Positions 1 to 10,386 are shown, counted from the first letter of the stretch. The stretch: 64,000 nucleotides of DNA from an uncultured delta proteobacterium (GCA_963769935.1 CAVYNY010000035.1:96001-160000), one strand, 5' to 3'. Notes: generated by a model not told the origin, from the sequence alone. Numbers and translations: made by a program.

Positions 1-2
1 TG

Positions 3-734
3 ACCTGGCCGCCGAAATTTGTTTTCAAGCCTACCCTGCAGAACTTTGAAAACATTACCACGGCCGTACGAACCTATAGCCTCGGCGCCGTCAGCAGCGA
101 TTTTTTGAAAGGATTCGGAAACAGCCTGCTGGTAACCACCCTCGCATTGGTGGTTTCGCTGGTGACCGGGATACCGGCGGCATATGCCTTGGGCAGGTTT
201 CGCTTCAAGGGCCGGGACGACATTGCCTTTACGTTTCTCTCGTTTCGCTTTGCGCCGGAACTGCTGGTCATCATTCCGATCTATCTGATTTTCCAACGTA
301 TGGGGCTTTACGATACTTACACCGGACTCGTATGGGTCTACCAATTGATCACCATGCCGATGGTGATTTGGATCTTGATGAGCTACTTCGAAGATGTCTC
401 CGTTGAGCTGGAACAGGCCAGTTTGGTGGACGGCTTCTCGCTTTTTCATACGTTTCGACGGATCATATTGCCTCTGGCCAAACCGGGGATAGCAGCGGCC
501 TCCCTGTTGGCGTTCATTTATGCCTGGAACAATTTTATCTTCGCGCTGATCCTGGGCTCCTCCAAGGTTCAGCCGGTGACGGTTTCGGCTTTAAAGTTCA
601 TAACCGCCGAAAAACTCAGATACGGTGACATTGCCGCCGCCTGTGTGCTGGCGGCGATTCCGATTCTGGTTCTGTCGCTCTATGCCCAGCGTTACATGGT
701 GCGCGGCCTGAGTTTGGGAGCCGTCAAGAAATAA
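3..734 (+). CDS. Carbohydrate ABC transporter permease (MalG-like), 5' end outside the window
   Basis: Frame is open back to base 3. Hydrophobic TM segments, EAA-like motif ELEQASLVDG, C-terminus RGLSLGAVK. Confidence 0.9.
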   Translation, partial: TWPPKFVFKPTLQNFENITTAVRTYSLGAVSSDFLKGFGNSLLVTTLALVVSLVTGIPAAYALGRFRFKGRDDIAFTFLSFRFAPELLVIIPIYLIFQRMGLYDTYTGLVWVYQLITMPMVIWILMSYFEDVSVELEQASLVDGFSLFHTFRRIILPLAKPGIAAASLLAFIYAWNNFIFALILGSSKVQPVTVSALKFITAEKLRYGDIAAACVLAAIPILVLSLYAQRYMVRGLSLGAVKK

Positions 735-764
735 TTATATTTACATGCAAGATCGGGGTTGCCC

Positions 765-1880
765 ATGACCGTAGTCGCTGTTCGCAATATCGTTAAAAGT
801 TACAATGGTGCGCCTGCGCTGGATGGTCTCAGCTTCGAGACCCGGGACTCGGAATTTTTCGTTCTGTTGGGGCCTTCCGGGGCAGGCAAGACCACAACCT
901 TGAAAGTAATTGCCGGACTTGAAGATCCGAATTCCGGCGAAGTCCTCTTTGACGGCCAGGTCATGAACGCAGTCTCCACCAACCTGCGTCCGGTCGGCAT
1001 GACCTTTGAGAGCTATGCCCTTTACCCGCACTTCACGGTTTTTGAGAACCTGGCCAACCCCCTGCGCGCTCCCGGCCGGAAGTTGCCGGAGTCTGAAATC
1101 CGCCGCCGCGTCGACAAAGTTGCCGGGATGCTGCGCATCGATCACCTCTACGACCGTCGGCCGGGCGAACTGTCCGGCGGACAAAAACAGCGTGTTTCCC
1201 TCGGTCGGACCATGATCCGCGAACCCTCCGTTTATCTGCTGGACGAGCCGTTGTCCCACGTGGATGCCAAGATCCGATTCGAGCTGCGGATTCAGTTTCA
1301 CCGGCTGGAATCGCTGCAGAAATGCACCTCGATTTATGTTACCCACGATTATGTGGAGGCGTTGTCGCTGGGAGACCGCATCGCCATCATTGACTCCGGA
1401 AAAATTATCCAGGTGGGCACTCCCAAACAAATTTACCATCAGCCTAAGGATATCTTAGTTGCCCGGATGGTGGGCCAGCCGCATATCAACCTGCTGGACG
1501 CCGCCTTGGAAGTCAACGGCAGCGACGCTTCCCTGAGGGTACCCAGGGGCGGCTTCAGCATCCCGATTTCGCCCAAATTACTGCATTCATTGCAGCAGGT
1601 CGACGCGCCGCGAGAATTAACCGTCGGAATTCGCCCAATGGACATCAGCATCAATCCCCAAGTCGACAAGGCAACGGCCCGGGCGCACAGCGACGTTTTC
1701 GAACCCTTCGGATCACTGGGGCTTCTTTCCGTTAAAACACAGGATATCTTGCTGGCGCTTCTGCTGGATTCTGATTTGACCTTTGAACCCGGCTGTCCGC
1801 TGGGTCTCGATTTCAGAGAAGACCGGCTGATCTTCTTTGACCCTGCTTCCCAAATCAACTTGTTATCGAACGAGGATTGA
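765..1880 (+). CDS. Carbohydrate ABC transporter ATP-binding protein (MalK-like)
   Basis: Walker A GPSGAGKTT, signature LSGGQKQR, Walker B LLDEPLS, VTHD, C-terminal TOBE-like region. Confidence 0.92.
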   Translation: MTVVAVRNIVKSYNGAPALDGLSFETRDSEFFVLLGPSGAGKTTTLKVIAGLEDPNSGEVLFDGQVMNAVSTNLRPVGMTFESYALYPHFTVFENLANPLRAPGRKLPESEIRRRVDKVAGMLRIDHLYDRRPGELSGGQKQRVSLGRTMIREPSVYLLDEPLSHVDAKIRFELRIQFHRLESLQKCTSIYVTHDYVEALSLGDRIAIIDSGKIIQVGTPKQIYHQPKDILVARMVGQPHINLLDAALEVNGSDASLRVPRGGFSIPISPKLLHSLQQVDAPRELTVGIRPMDISINPQVDKATARAHSDVFEPFGSLGLLSVKTQDILLALLLDSDLTFEPGCPLGLDFREDRLIFFDPASQINLLSNED

Positions 1881-1881
1881 G

Positions 1882-3012
1882 ATGGCCCAAGTCGTTTTAC
1901 GCAATGTCAAAAAAATTTATGGATCGCGCAGCAGAAAAAAAGAAGACGTTCTGGCCGTCAATAACCTGAACCTCATCATCGAAGACGGTGAATTTCTGGC
2001 GCTGCTCGGGCCTTCCGGCTGCGGCAAAACCACGACCCTGCGTATGATCGTCGGGTTGGAAAGTATTACCGCCGGAGAAATTCTGATCGATGGACAGGTC
2101 ATCAACGACTGGACGCCGGCGGAAAGAAACGTCGCCATGGCCTTTGAAACTTACGCTCTTTACTCGCATCTGAGTGTCGGCGAGAATTTGGGGCTGTGCC
2201 TCAAAGCCAAAGGCGTCCCCAAGCATGAAATCGAGCAGCAGGTGGATCGGATCGCTGCGGTTCTTCAAATTACAGACATCTTGGATGCCAAGTCATCCAG
2301 TTTATCCGGGGGTCAACAGCAGCGGGTGTCCCTGGGGCGGGCCCTGATCCGCGAGCCCAGCGTCACCCTTCTGGACGAGCCTCTTTCGCATCTGGACGCT
2401 GCCCTGAGAACGGAGACCCGCCTTGAGATCAAGCGCATCCATCAGCAGTTGAAAAGAACCTTTATTTTCGTCACCCACGACCAGATGGAGGCGCTGGCCC
2501 TTTCCGACCGGGTAGCGGTGATGAACTTTGCCGAAATGCAGCAAGTCGGAACGCGCCGGGAGCTGTATGAAACACCGGCCAATCTGTTTGTCGCCGGTTT
2601 TGTCGGTGAACCCCCGATCAATGTTTACCCCAACAGCACCATCAAAGACATCAATGGAGATCGATATGCGGTCACGGAGAAGGGCGAGTTTCATTTCAAG
2701 ATCTCCCCGGAAATGAAAGCGGTGTTTGAGACGCGGCCTCGAAAAAATGTGATCGTCGGCGTTCGTCCGCAGTACTTGAGCATTTTCCCCGACCAGGAAA
2801 AAGAAACCCTTTCAACCAAGGTCTCGGTTTTTGAATTTTTGGGGGAAATTGGAAATTTGACCGTGAGCAGCAACGGTCTGGACTTAAGCGTGCTTGCGCC
2901 CCCCGATTTTGACGCCCGGGAAGGAGAGACGATTCAAGCCTATTATGATCCAAGAAGGATATTGCTGTTCGACTCGGAAACTGAAAAGAATCTTTTCTTC
3001 GAAATCCCCTGA
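1882..3012 (+). CDS. Second carbohydrate ABC transporter ATP-binding protein (MalK-like)
   Basis: GPSGCGKTT, LSGGQQQR, LLDEPLS, VTHDQMEA. ATG at 1882 follows GAGG. Confidence 0.92.
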   Translation: MAQVVLRNVKKIYGSRSRKKEDVLAVNNLNLIIEDGEFLALLGPSGCGKTTTLRMIVGLESITAGEILIDGQVINDWTPAERNVAMAFETYALYSHLSVGENLGLCLKAKGVPKHEIEQQVDRIAAVLQITDILDAKSSSLSGGQQQRVSLGRALIREPSVTLLDEPLSHLDAALRTETRLEIKRIHQQLKRTFIFVTHDQMEALALSDRVAVMNFAEMQQVGTRRELYETPANLFVAGFVGEPPINVYPNSTIKDINGDRYAVTEKGEFHFKISPEMKAVFETRPRKNVIVGVRPQYLSIFPDQEKETLSTKVSVFEFLGEIGNLTVSSNGLDLSVLAPPDFDAREGETIQAYYDPRRILLFDSETEKNLFFEIP

Positions 3013-3045
3013 CCTTGATAAATCGAAATTTTAAAGGATAAATTA

Positions 3046-3126
3046 ATCACGAAAGCACGAAAGGAGGAAGGCACGAAAATAAGAGAAGATAAATTCCGTG
3101 CCTTCAAGCTTTCGTGTTTTCGTGAT
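3046..3126. repeat. Intergenic inverted repeat built from CACGAAAG units
   Basis: ATCACGAAAGCACGAAAG (3046-3063) pairs with CTTTCGTGTTTTCGTGAT (3109-3126). Confidence 0.75.
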
Positions 3127-3214
3127 AAAAAAATCTTTTCATAAAAAATACAAAGAATTCAAAGTTAAGACCGTATAAAGATGCACTTACCCAATTGGTA
3201 AAGGAGGGCTTTCC

Positions 3215-4276
3215 ATGCTGACCAAAGGTGTCGTGATTTACGGACAAGAAGATTTTCGCTATGAAGATGTTGAAATACCCGATCCCGGCGAAGGCGAAGT
3301 TCTGGTGGAGATCGAAAGCTGCGGAATTTGCGCTGCAGATCCCAAAATTTATTACGGTACCGCTTACTTTGCCCATGCAGCTTACCGCCATGCGCCCATC
3401 GTGGCGGGACACGAATTTATGGGACGAGTGGTCAAGCTCGGCCCGGGTGCGGCCGAAAAATTCGGCCTCAAGGAAGGGGATCGGGCTATCGCCGAGAACA
3501 TTGTTCCCTGCGGAGACTGCTATTGGTGTAAACGGGGACAGTACAACCTCTGTGACCCCCATGCCGTCTTCGGTATCGTGCGATACAACGGCGGCTGGGC
3601 CAAGCACATGCTCTATCCAAAAGGCAGCCTCGTTCACAAGGTCCCCGAGAATGTTCCCTGGGCAGACGCGGCGGTCATCGAGCCCTGTGCCTGTGCCTTG
3701 CACGGGGTCAATCGGGCCAAAATTGAATTCGGTGACACGGTGGTTGTGTTGGGCTGCGGCCCCATCGGGATGTTCATGCTCCAGGGCGCCAGGTTAAAGA
3801 ATCCGCGACAGGTGATTGCTGTTGATCTGGATGATCACCGCCTGGAGGTCGCCAAAGATCTCGGAGCGGATTTGGTCATCAACCCGGCTAAAGAAGATGC
3901 CGTCGAAAAAGTTAAATCCGTCACCGAGGACGGAATCGGCTGTGATGTGGTCCTGGAAGCCGCCGGGTCGAACAAGAGTGTCAAAGCGGCCGTGGATATG
4001 CTTCGCCGCGGAGGCCGTCTGATGGAATTTTCAGTTTTTGCCGAAGAAGTATCCTTTGACTGGTCCATTATCTCGGATATCAAAGAACTGGAAATTTACG
4101 GCGGCCATCTCGGTTTTCACACGTACAAGCCGACCATCGATTTCATGAACCGAGGGTTGATTACCTCGCGCGGCATCGCATCGGATCCATATCCCCTGCA
4201 GGATTTCAAAAAAGCCATTGATATTTCTAAAGGTCGCAAGCATGGGTCGATCAAGGTGCTCATGAAACCGTCCTGA
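3215..4276 (+). CDS. Zn-dependent polyol dehydrogenase, erythritol/L-threitol dehydrogenase (EltD)-like
   Basis: CGICAAD, GHEFMG, structural Zn cluster CGDCYWC..C, GCGPIG. Segment DWSIISDIKELEIYGGHLG resembles EltD as I recall it. Confidence 0.8.
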   Translation: MLTKGVVIYGQEDFRYEDVEIPDPGEGEVLVEIESCGICAADPKIYYGTAYFAHAAYRHAPIVAGHEFMGRVVKLGPGAAEKFGLKEGDRAIAENIVPCGDCYWCKRGQYNLCDPHAVFGIVRYNGGWAKHMLYPKGSLVHKVPENVPWADAAVIEPCACALHGVNRAKIEFGDTVVVLGCGPIGMFMLQGARLKNPRQVIAVDLDDHRLEVAKDLGADLVINPAKEDAVEKVKSVTEDGIGCDVVLEAAGSNKSVKAAVDMLRRGGRLMEFSVFAEEVSFDWSIISDIKELEIYGGHLGFHTYKPTIDFMNRGLITSRGIASDPYPLQDFKKAIDISKGRKHGSIKVLMKPS

Positions 4277-4774
4277 CGCATGTCTCACAGCGAAGCATGG
4301 CCCGGTAAAGAATTTCCGGGCCCTTATATGAAACTACATTAAGTTTCTTCTACGATCAGACTGGACGCTGGCGGCCGGAGGCGGTGCTCGTATGAAACTT
4401 CACGTGGATCAAACAGCGAACCGCAGAATCTCAAACCCCCCCCAGCCTTCTTTAGGATGGGGGGAGTCCCAGGTGGTTTCGCGTCGCTCAGCCATTTTTA
4501 CAAAAATTGATAGAATACCTTCCTGGCGCGCATCCGGCGCGCAATACCAGCGTCTGCTTCTTAGCATACCCACCAGGGCTTCTGAACATTCATGGTTAAT
4601 CGTAAGAATCTATGATAATATACGTGGCGTCATACCATAATACGTATTGAACCTTTGGGTCGTTGTCTTTAAGACAATCTTATAAGGAAAGTTGCGCAGA
4701 ACGCTGTGTATGCATGGACAAGGGATTTACATTTGACATTTAAAGATCATGGGAAGTCTGTCAAGGAGAACCGC

Positions 4775-5020
4775 ATGCCCGGAGTGACCATATTTTCGCA
4801 ATCGTGCAAAGGCGTTGACGACTGCGGCATCTGTGTCTTTGTCTGCCCGGAGCACCTGTTGAAGGCCTGCCGGCAGATGAATGCTGCCGGCTGCTGCCCG
4901 CCGGAGATCTCCGATCCGGCGGCGTGCACCGGCTGCCGGAACTGTATGATCTACTGTCCGGACTTTGCCATTGCGGTTGAAAAATACGACCAGGATGATC
5001 CCTCATCTGGTGATGAATGA
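4775..5020 (+). CDS. 2-oxoacid:ferredoxin oxidoreductase delta subunit (2x[4Fe-4S] ferredoxin)
   Basis: CKGVDDCGICVFVCP and CTGCRNCMIYCPD. RBS AAGGAG before ATG 4775. Confidence 0.85.
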   Translation: MPGVTIFSQSCKGVDDCGICVFVCPEHLLKACRQMNAAGCCPPEISDPAACTGCRNCMIYCPDFAIAVEKYDQDDPSSGDE

Positions 5021-6189
5021 GGACAAGCATGCAAGGAAGCAGGAAAGCATTAACCGGAACCCACTTTGAAATGGGAAACTGGGCCTGCACCGAAGGGGCC
5101 ATTGCGGCGGGGTGCAATTTTGCAGCCGGCTACCCCATCACCCCCGCCAGTGAAGTCGCCAATTTTCTCGCGGCCAGGCTGCCGGCGGTGGGGGGCATTT
5201 TTTTGCAGACCGAAGATGAAATCAGTGCCATTTGTGCGGCCATCGGTGCTTCCTGGGCCGGCTGCAAAGCCATGACCGCTACTTCCGGCCCGGGCATCAG
5301 CCTGATGCAGGAAAGCATCGGATTTGCAGCGGCCACGGAAACGCCTCTGGTGATTGTCGATGTCCAGCGCTTCGGGCCGTCGACCGGCGTGCCGTCGGTG
5401 GGGCTGGGCGGTGATATCGTACAGGTGGCCCGGGGATCCCACGGAGACTACCAGATCATTGCTTTGTGCCCGGAAAACCCCCAGGAAATGTTTGACATGA
5501 CCATACGGGCTTTTAATCTGGCCGAGACCTACCGCGTCCCGGTGTTTGTTATGGCCGATGGCTTTATCGGCCACATGCGGGAGCAGATCGTGGTCCCCGG
5601 GGAAGATCGGATCGAAATCAAGAACCGCAAAATTGCCCGGCCGGCCGCCACCGTTTTGGAACGGCAGGATTTTCAGGATGTCAATGTTGCCCCTATGCCG
5701 GTCTTCGGGCGGGGGCTCAAAGCCCACGTAACCAGCTCCTGCCACGACGAGCACGGCATGCGCAATTTGTCCGATCCTGAGGTCATGCACCGTTATGTCA
5801 TGCGCCCGATTGAGAAAATACTCAAACACCGGGCTGAGATAGTCCGGGTTGAAGAAGATTGCGAAGGGGCAGATATGGTCCTGGTCAGCTGCGGCACGGT
5901 GTCCCGTTGTGCCAGGGCCGCCGCGCAATTGGCCCAAAACGAGGGATTAAAGGTAGGCACCCTGCGCTTGCTGACGGCCTGGCCGTTTGCGGACCAGGAA
6001 GTCCGTGCCGCAGCGGAAAAGGTCGACCACATGCTGGTGCTCGAAAACAACACCGGCCAGCTCTATCCCTACATCAGAGCCGAGGCGGCGCATGCCTGCC
6101 GGGTTTCTTTTCTGGGACCGGAAATCCTGGGCCAGATCCACGATCCCAAGTATATCCTCCATCATATCAAGGAGATGGCGTCACATTAG
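5017..6189 (+). CDS. 2-oxoacid:ferredoxin oxidoreductase alpha subunit (KorA/OorA type)
   Basis: GYPITPASE, EDEISA, TATSGPG, QRFGPSTG. Confidence 0.9.
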   Translation: MRTSMQGSRKALTGTHFEMGNWACTEGAIAAGCNFAAGYPITPASEVANFLAARLPAVGGIFLQTEDEISAICAAIGASWAGCKAMTATSGPGISLMQESIGFAAATETPLVIVDVQRFGPSTGVPSVGLGGDIVQVARGSHGDYQIIALCPENPQEMFDMTIRAFNLAETYRVPVFVMADGFIGHMREQIVVPGEDRIEIKNRKIARPAATVLERQDFQDVNVAPMPVFGRGLKAHVTSSCHDEHGMRNLSDPEVMHRYVMRPIEKILKHRAEIVRVEEDCEGADMVLVSCGTVSRCARAAAQLAQNEGLKVGTLRLLTAWPFADQEVRAAAEKVDHMLVLENNTGQLYPYIRAEAAHACRVSFLGPEILGQIHDPKYILHHIKEMASH

Positions 6190-6201
6190 AAGTTCGAAAG
6201 A

Positions 6202-6302
6202 AGCCACGAATTATAAACAGCGTCAAAATTAATTTTTCACTCTAAGTTGCCCCGCGGTTGACCATTGCAATAATTCGTGGTCATTCGTGCTCATTCGTGG
6301 CT
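6202..6302. repeat. Intergenic inverted repeat (GCCACGAAT / ATTCGTGGC family)
   Basis: AGCCACGAAT at 6202 pairs with ATTCGTGGCT at 6293. Tandem ATTCGTG units. A related half-site lies at about 62730-62760. Confidence 0.65.
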
Positions 6303-6328
6303 AATAAAATCATGAGGGAGCTATTTCA

Positions 6329-7162
6329 ATGACGTTGACAGCTCATCCGTTAAAAGAAAAATACGCCCGCAGCCACATCAATCGCACCACCACCTGCCCC
6401 GGCTGCGGCATCGGCACGGTGTCCCAGGCGATTTTGCGGGCCGTCGATGAATTGGGATTGAGCATGGACGATTTTGTTTTCGTTTCCGGTATCGGTTGTT
6501 CAGCCTGGATCCCCAGCCCCTTTTACAATGCGGATACGCTCCACACGACCCATGGACGGCCGATTGCTTTTGCCACCGGCGTCAAACTGGGTCTGCCGGA
6601 CAAACAGGTGATGGTCGTCAGCGGCGACGGCGATCTGACCGCCATCGGCGGCAACCACCTGATCCATGCGGCGCGCCGCAATATTAATTTAACCGTCGTG
6701 CTGATCAACAACGGCATTTACGGTATGACCGGCGGCCAGACGGCCCCCACCACCCCGCGCGGAATCAAAACCATTACCAGTCCCTATGGCGTCATGGAAC
6801 ATGATTTTGACATTTCGCCGATGGTGGCAGCGGCCGGCGCCGCCTATGTCGCCCGCTGGACAACCTACCATCCCCGGCAGATGACCCGCTCCATAAAAAA
6901 AGGAATCCGGAAAAAAGGATTTGCCCTGATCGAAGCCGTCAGCCAGTGCCCGGTGCAGTACGGCCGCGCCAGCAAACTGGGCGGTGCCGTCGCGATGCTG
7001 ACATATTTTAGGGAAAACAGCATCCGGCTGGCCAAGGCCGGGGAAATGGACCCAGCGCAGCTGGAGGGAAAAATCATCGTGGGCGAGTTCTGCGACCGCG
7101 ACAAGGCCGAGTTGAGCGAACAGTGGGTTCGACTGCGATGTGAGATGACGGAGGACACCTAA
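6329..7162 (+). CDS. 2-oxoacid:ferredoxin oxidoreductase beta subunit (TPP-binding)
   Basis: CPGCG, SGIGCS, HTTHGR, GDGD..AIGGNH, NNGIYGMTGGQ. Confidence 0.9.
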   Translation: MTLTAHPLKEKYARSHINRTTTCPGCGIGTVSQAILRAVDELGLSMDDFVFVSGIGCSAWIPSPFYNADTLHTTHGRPIAFATGVKLGLPDKQVMVVSGDGDLTAIGGNHLIHAARRNINLTVVLINNGIYGMTGGQTAPTTPRGIKTITSPYGVMEHDFDISPMVAAAGAAYVARWTTYHPRQMTRSIKKGIRKKGFALIEAVSQCPVQYGRASKLGGAVAMLTYFRENSIRLAKAGEMDPAQLEGKIIVGEFCDRDKAELSEQWVRLRCEMTEDT

Positions 7163-7701
7163 TGGCGCAAACGGATTTAGCCATTGCCGGTGTGGGCGGG
7201 CAGGGATCGATTCTGGCCGGCGTTATCCTGGGAACCGCTGCTGTGACCTTCGACAAAAAGTTTGCCACCCAGACCCAGGCCTATTCATCGGAACTCAGGG
7301 GCGGTTTTGCGGCCACCTGGGTCATTATCTCCGATCAACCCGTCGAATTTCCCCGGGTGACCAACCCGGATATTCTCATTGCCCAGGCCCCGGATTCCAT
7401 TACCCGCTTCGGGCAAGTCCTCAAACCGGAGGGCATCCTGATTTACGACAGCGATATGGTGCATGAGACGCCTGCCAATATCAAGCGTCGGTACCAGGTT
7501 CCGGCCACCTCCATTGCCCGCAGCCGGCTGAATGCCGCCATGACGGCCAACATGGTCATGCTGGGCGCGCTTTGCAAAATTACCGGAGTCGTCAGCCGCA
7601 AAGCGCTGGAGCTGGCAATTGCCCGGTCGGTTCCCGCGGATAAGGAAGCGATTAACCTGGAAGCATTCCGCTTGGGGTTGGAAGAAGTGCAGGCTGTTTA
7701 A
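7162..7701 (+). CDS. 2-oxoacid:ferredoxin oxidoreductase gamma subunit
   Basis: AGVGGQG, YSSELRGG, ANMVMLGA. Confidence 0.9.
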   Translation: MAQTDLAIAGVGGQGSILAGVILGTAAVTFDKKFATQTQAYSSELRGGFAATWVIISDQPVEFPRVTNPDILIAQAPDSITRFGQVLKPEGILIYDSDMVHETPANIKRRYQVPATSIARSRLNAAMTANMVMLGALCKITGVVSRKALELAIARSVPADKEAINLEAFRLGLEEVQAV

Positions 7702-8067
7702 GGAACTCGGAATGAGGAACGTGGGATGTGGCATGCGGGTTGGAAGGAGAAGCGTTCAAAGGGCAAAGAAGATAGGGCACGGCGCAAAGCGTAAAACATT
7801 AACTTCTATATTTGCATAAAATGTTGCATCGGACTTAGGCTTTTACGGCGAAAACGATTGGCATTATTTATTGTAAATGAAGACGATACCGTCGAGCACC
7901 TGCAGGTCGAACAATATGAAAGACTTTTACGGCGGGACCCGGGCGAGAAGCTGTCTATATACGCGGGTAAACGACTCCGCTACGCCTCGGTCGTAATTGA
8001 TTCGGCCGTAAATGACCAGATCGACATAATACAAATTCAATATTGCTACCTGATCTTTGACGCCGAA

Positions 8068-8673
8068 TCAGGGCTCAAACTCTTCTATAATTTTTCCCCG
8101 CTCAACAAAGTGCGCGATAGCATCCAGCGCGTTGCGGTAAACCGACATTGCCGTTTCCAGTTTGTCGACGATCGGGTCATCCGTCCCTAAATCCTTCGCT
8201 GCTTTCAATAATAAGTTTTCACCTTCGGCGAAATGATCCGCTATTTCCGTCAATAAGACTTTTCGCTTCTGATGCTTGGCACGCTCATTTGCAATAATCG
8301 GCCACAGCCTTCGAACTGAATATTCCACCAGAGCATCCCGTGGGGCATTATGCCGGCGGGAAATCATATCCAAAAAGGTCAATGACCGGCGGCTGACAAC
8401 AAAGGTTTTTTGAATGCGCTCATGGCGATCGAACTTCGTGTTCTCGAGATCGCGGGCCATGTTATTTAAACCCCGGTCATCCTCCATTAAATGGTCAAAG
8501 ACCGATTTTTGTTTAATGCCTAATTGAGCTGAAAGAATGCTGATCGCCTCAATGCAGGCTTCAGAGAGCCGGAATGTCGCTCGAACCGATTGCCGTCCCC
8601 TGAGGTCCAGTGTTGCCGGTTCGGACGCGGACCCCTCATTTTCGGATTGTTTTTCTTTATTTTTATTCACCAA
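8068..8673 (-). CDS. Conserved hypothetical protein, possible tandem ribbon-helix-helix regulator, divergent from the hsp20 pair
   Basis: 201-aa ORF with RBS AGGAG. Two strand-helix-helix-like segments (VRATFRLSEACIEAI..., IQKTFVVSRRSLTFL...). Confidence 0.6.
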   Translation of the reverse strand: MVNKNKEKQSENEGSASEPATLDLRGRQSVRATFRLSEACIEAISILSAQLGIKQKSVFDHLMEDDRGLNNMARDLENTKFDRHERIQKTFVVSRRSLTFLDMISRRHNAPRDALVEYSVRRLWPIIANERAKHQKRKVLLTEIADHFAEGENLLLKAAKDLGTDDPIVDKLETAMSVYRNALDAIAHFVERGKIIEEFEP

Positions 8674-8877
8674 AACGCTCCTTAATTTATAAGCTCACCA
8701 AAATCATTACCAAATTATAATTAATTTTTTTAGTAATGCAATATTTTTTATATTGTGGTTCTTGACATTAACCAATTTGTCTTTAACATATATCTAACTT
8801 TTAGTGTTTGTCAACCAACGATATTAAATTTAATACTGTTGAGTGACCGTAGACCACAAAAAAAAGGAGGTTTCAAA

Positions 8878-9336
8878 ATGATTTACCGCAGATTGCTAAA
8901 TGTACCGACTTGGAGATTAAGGAGTCCACTGGATGAGTTGCATCTGATGAGACAACAAATGGAACAGTTGTTCGAAGAAGCCAGAGTCCCTTCTCAACGT
9001 TCAGTAGCCGGTGTGTTCCCGCTGATCAATTTAACTGAGGATAAAGACAACTACTATGTTCGGGCCGAATTGCCCGGCGTGATGGCAGAAGCGCTTGACA
9101 TTCAGGCAACCTCACAAAACATTGCCATTTCCGGCGAACGAAGAATAGCTCCGCAGGGAGAAGGAGCCCGGTATCATCGAAGGGAGCGGGAGGCAGGAAC
9201 ATTTTCCAGAATGATCGCGCTTCCAGGCGAGGTGAACACTGAGAAAGTTGAGGCCAAACTGGAAGACGGAATTCTAACCGTGATGGTTCCGAAAGCCGAG
9301 GTCACAAAACCCAAACAAATTAGCGTGAAGTCTTGA
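8878..9336 (+). CDS. Small heat shock protein Hsp20
   Basis: AELPGV, ISGER, FSRMIALP, AKLEDGILTVMVPK. RBS AAGGAGG. Confidence 0.92.
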   Translation: MIYRRLLNVPTWRLRSPLDELHLMRQQMEQLFEEARVPSQRSVAGVFPLINLTEDKDNYYVRAELPGVMAEALDIQATSQNIAISGERRIAPQGEGARYHRREREAGTFSRMIALPGEVNTEKVEAKLEDGILTVMVPKAEVTKPKQISVKS

Positions 9337-9491
9337 AAATTTGCACAGCGCCATAATTAATTCTGCATTCGCCCTTTTGGGATGATATTTAAACTGCAGG
9401 ATCTGGTCAGATAGGCATTACGCTGTGTATGTATGTCTACAAAATGGTTTATAACGTATTGTACAGTTCAATACAAAGGAGGAAAATAGCA

Positions 9492-9902
9492 ATGGCTGAC
9501 ACGGAAAGCAAAGAACTTCGAGTTCGAGAAAAACAAGAGGTAGCCGGTCCGGCCGAGCAAACCACGCCGGGATTGGTTTTCACACCAGCGGTCGATATAT
9601 TTGAGACGGAAAGAGAGATTACCCTGCTGGCCGATATGCCGGGGGTCAAGGCCGATGATTTGACTATAGATCTTCGTGACAACACCCTCACCCTGACAGG
9701 GGATGTTCCGTCCGCCCAGGGCGCTGGGGAAGAAGCAATATTGACTGAGTACGATTTCGGAAGATATTACCGCCAGTTTACGATCGGTGAAATAGTCAAC
9801 CAGGAAAAAATTGATGCGCAGCTCAAGGAAGGCGTGCTTCGTCTATCGCTGCCAAAGGTTGAAAAGGCAACCCCCAAAAAGATTTCCGTCAAAGCGGGTT
9901 GA
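9492..9902 (+). CDS. Small heat shock protein Hsp20
   Basis: PAVDIFE, ADMPGV, YYRQF, LKEGVLRLSLPK. RBS AAGGAGG. Confidence 0.92.
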   Translation: MADTESKELRVREKQEVAGPAEQTTPGLVFTPAVDIFETEREITLLADMPGVKADDLTIDLRDNTLTLTGDVPSAQGAGEEAILTEYDFGRYYRQFTIGEIVNQEKIDAQLKEGVLRLSLPKVEKATPKKISVKAG

Positions 9903-9967
9903 GAGGATCAGAGAGCCGGAAAACTGCGCAGCGAAGATTTGCGAGAGGCCGGCTCCTGATAGAAACC

Positions 9968-10034
9968 GGAGTAATGGAGTGCTGGAGTATTGAACTTTTT
10001 CCATCGCTCCAATACTCCATGACTCCACCACTCC
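9968..10034. repeat. Octamer-tandem inverted repeat (GGAGTAnT / AnTACTCC family), copy 1
   Basis: GGAGTAATGGAGTGCTGGAGTATTG followed by CCAATACTCCATGACTCCACCACTCC. Confidence 0.75.
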
Positions 10035-10274
10035 AAGCTTCCCAAAATAAGGCAAAGCGATTTTTAAAATGATTCAGCGAATCTTAATCCGGAAAATTTT
10101 TTAAAATCAAGGGATCTATTACGAAGATCTTCGAAATCAGCATCCGTAATTTCTACGGCGTCTTGCGCTAAGATATTACGAAAATGCGCCAGGGCGCTCC
10201 AAAGCCCTTCCTTCTTTACAAATCATAAAAAGAATCTAAACCTGAAAAAATTGCTTGCATTTTAATCCGGTCTA

Positions 10275-10294
10275 GTTGTATATACATCTATAAC
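10275..10294. promoter_or_regulatory. Putative GntR/HutC-type operator upstream of the regulator
   Basis: GTTGTATATACATCTATAAC contains the palindrome TGTATATACA. An 18-bp near-copy lies at 11305-11322. Confidence 0.6.
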
Positions 10295-10386
10295 GTCTAA
10301 CCGGAATGGTCGCTGCATCGATTTGACGGATTTTTTGCATTTGCTGAATTCCGGTGGGGCGCAGGACAATCAACCATTCACTGTGA

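Noticed and set aside
7858..8190. 110-aa ORF overlapping the convergent gene
   Set aside because: The last 40 codons are antisense to 8068-8673. The first part may be a truncated gene, but I cannot assign it.
8790..8860. CIRCE element upstream of hsp20
   Set aside because: Only weak resemblance to TTAGCACTC-N9-GAGTGCTAA.
9968..10034. CRISPR array in the short repeat clusters
   Set aside because: Units are 6-10 bp without unique spacers, and no cas genes are present.
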